Source of the DNA: an uncultured Methanosarcinaceae archaeon
Lineage (GTDB): Archaea; Halobacteriota; Methanosarcinia; Methanosarcinales; Methanosarcinaceae
DNA length: 64,000 bases
Direction: 5' to 3'
Assembly: GCA_963847185.1 (NCBI GenBank)
Contig: CAWJYV010000004.1
Location: 32,001-96,000, forward strand
A program made the position numbers and the translations under genes. This document shows positions 61,884 to 64,000 of the stretch, piece after piece (the first letter of the stretch is position 1; each line of letters begins with the position of its first letter). A model generated the notes under the pieces. That model had not been told where the DNA came from. It searched no databases and saw nothing but the letters and a program-made list of their open reading frames with translations.

Positions 61884-62954
61884 ATGACAATAAAACAGCA
61901 GGTTCTTAATTTTCTGAAAAATTACGATCTTGAAAACCTTACTATTGCAACAGTCTGTTCTAACGCAAGCCTCCAGATCTTTGATGGAGCACGAAAAGAA
62001 GGTCTCAGGACTCTGGGGATATGTGTTGGCAAACCACCCAAGTTTTATGAGGCTTTTCCCAAAGCAAAACCGGATGAATACCTCGTTCTTGAGAGCTATG
62101 AAGATATAATGACTAGAGCTGAGGAGCTTAGAAAGAAAAATGCTATCATTATTCCTCACGGTTCACTTGTCGCTTACCTGGGAAAAGAAAATTTTGCAAA
62201 GTTGGCAGTACCTATATTCGGAAATCGGACGGCAATAGAATGGGAGTCAGACAGGAATAAAGAACGCCAGTGGCTACTTGGAGCAGGTGTTCGAATACCT
62301 GAAATAATCAACGATCCTCATGATATTAAGGGACCTGTAATGGTTGAATACGAAGGGGCAAAAGGAGGAAAGGGCTTTTTTGTTGCAAAAACCTACGAAG
62401 AATTCGAAGAGCTCTTGGATAGGAACCAAAAATTCACAATCCTGGAATTTATTACCGGAACCCGTTATTACCTGCACTACTTCTATTCCCCTATCCGAAA
62501 AGAAGGCTATACATTAAGCAAAGGCAGCCTTGAACTCCTGAGCATGGACCGCAGGGTAGAGTCCAATGCCGATGAGATTTTCAGGCTCGGCTCACCAAGA
62601 GAACTCATAGAAGCCGCTATATGCCCGACATATGTGATTACCGGTAATGTACCCCTGGTAGCAAGAGAGTCCCTCCTGCCGCGTATCTTTTCTCTGGGAG
62701 AAAAGGTAGTAGAAGAGTCTCTACACCTTTTTGGCGGGATAATAGGGACTTTCTGTATCGAAGCTGTTATCACGGACTCGCTTGAAATTAAAGTCTTTGA
62801 GCTTTCTGCCAGGATTGTCGCAGGGACAAACCTTTACATTTCAGGCTCACCGTACTCGGACCTGATGAAGGAAAAACTTTCCACTGGCCGGCGAATCGTC
62901 CAGGAAATCAAAGATGCAGCCCAAACAGACCAGCTGGAAGAGATAATATCATGA
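61884..62954 (+). CDS. purP: PurP-family FAICAR synthetase (divergent)
   Basis: SLQIFDGARKEG, IPHGS, GAKGGKG, MDRRVESNAD, ARESLLP, SARIVAGTN. Confidence 0.88.
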   Translation: MTIKQQVLNFLKNYDLENLTIATVCSNASLQIFDGARKEGLRTLGICVGKPPKFYEAFPKAKPDEYLVLESYEDIMTRAEELRKKNAIIIPHGSLVAYLGKENFAKLAVPIFGNRTAIEWESDRNKERQWLLGAGVRIPEIINDPHDIKGPVMVEYEGAKGGKGFFVAKTYEEFEELLDRNQKFTILEFITGTRYYLHYFYSPIRKEGYTLSKGSLELLSMDRRVESNADEIFRLGSPRELIEAAICPTYVITGNVPLVARESLLPRIFSLGEKVVEESLHLFGGIIGTFCIEAVITDSLEIKVFELSARIVAGTNLYISGSPYSDLMKEKLSTGRRIVQEIKDAAQTDQLEEIIS

Positions 62955-62988
62955 ACAAATGAGGTTAATGTATAATTTAGAGTTTTTA

Positions 62989-63121
62989 GAGCAAACTGAC
63001 TCCCAAAATTCCATATTGCTTCTCTAAGTCTAGAATTTTAAATAGACAATCGAGTTTATAATCATGAAAAATAGCCTTGAGACTTTTATTAAGTTGAAGA
63101 AAATTGGTTTGGGATGAGCTC
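62989..63121. mobile_element. MITE E, degenerate copy
   Basis: TCCCAAAA...ATCATGAAAAATAG...GGTTTGGGATGAGCTC, collinear with 60965-61095. Confidence 0.55.
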
Positions 63122-63181
63122 AGCAAATAATTAGCTTCCCTTCACCTTCTATTTTAAAAAACATTTCAATCTCTTATTCAT

Positions 63182-63895
63182 TTACCAGTATACTTGATAT
63201 TTTTTTACAATTCCCTTTGAATAGTATGTATAATTTCCAATGCTTTCAGGCTTGTACCCTTTCCCAACTTTGAGATCTACTATCTTATCATTATCAGAGT
63301 TTCCATAGTTTGTGCAATCGATGAATACTAACCCGCGGTCTGCAGTATTGAAAGCATTACAGGCGTGTACGGCACCATGGTTAACATAATTAATTTCAAC
63401 CCAGGCACACTTATATCCGGCAGCTTCTGCATTATTATGAACACGTTCCGCAAAATCAGCAGGCACAAAATCTGAATGATTGTATGGAATTACATCTGTC
63501 TTATCTAGCATTATGAAATCCATTAACTGCTGGTATGTTGGGTCTACTGCATTCTTATTGTTGTAGAGTGTGATCCTGTATCCATCCTCGCCAGCCTCAT
63601 AGCAACTGGCACCTGAATACATCATCTGTTGAAATCCTTCCGGTAGTCCAGAGGAGGAGTTGTTTGCAATAATACTTTCGTTATGCTCAATACCTGTTAG
63701 AGTATCATCTTTCTGATTTCCTGTGTTTACCAAATTGTCCGAATGTCCGGAGCTTAAGAGATATAAGACCCCGATAATTATGAAAGAGCTGATAACTTTA
63801 TGCCTGCGCATGAAATGGACCGTTTTGTAAAGGAGCCATAAAACAAAAAGTATCACCTCTATACAGACTATTGCAGTAAACATCCTATCTGTCAC
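63182..63895 (-). CDS. Membrane-anchored hypothetical protein, transglutaminase-like motif
   Basis: Two N-terminal TMs; DFVPADFAE...HACNAF...FIDCT. Confidence 0.7.
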   Translation of the reverse strand: MTDRMFTAIVCIEVILFVLWLLYKTVHFMRRHKVISSFIIIGVLYLLSSGHSDNLVNTGNQKDDTLTGIEHNESIIANNSSSGLPEGFQQMMYSGASCYEAGEDGYRITLYNNKNAVDPTYQQLMDFIMLDKTDVIPYNHSDFVPADFAERVHNNAEAAGYKCAWVEINYVNHGAVHACNAFNTADRGLVFIDCTNYGNSDNDKIVDLKVGKGYKPESIGNYTYYSKGIVKKYQVYW

Positions 63896-64000
63896 CCACC
63901 ACCAGATTAGTACGTTTTATTAATCTGTCCGGTGTTGAATCAATATTAACACTTATCAATTTTTCAGAAACTTTTAGAGATATTAGCAAATGTTCAAAGT

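Overview
64 kb of an AT-rich archaeal chromosome, almost certainly Methanosarcina (pyrrolysine-containing mtmB, YVTN/PKD surface proteins, typical MITEs). The left end holds the monomethylamine operon mtmC-mtmB(UAG=Pyl)-small ORF-mtmP, transcribed divergently from a winged-helix regulator, a dCache/HAMP/PAS histidine kinase and two receiver proteins. The middle has Fur-cydAB, a deaminase, an archaeal Ski2-like helicase, MTAP, DUF373, PAP2, VOC, PfkB and an OYE. Further right are two surface-protein genes sharing a triplicated module, a low-GC amino-sugar glycosylation island, an XRE/thioesterase/acyl-CoA synthetase operon, ferredoxins and a divergent purP. Intergenic DNA contains many MITEs, IS200/IS66/integrase relics and pseudogenes (regulator paralog, ccmA-ccmC, nitrogenase component 1-like). 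Signals missed by the ORF track: several genes with apparent non-canonical starts (including an intact ferredoxin), a triplicated promoter plus micro-peptide cassette, and candidate structured RNAs. No CRISPR array, tRNA or rRNA was seen. All calls are by eye; no searches were run.
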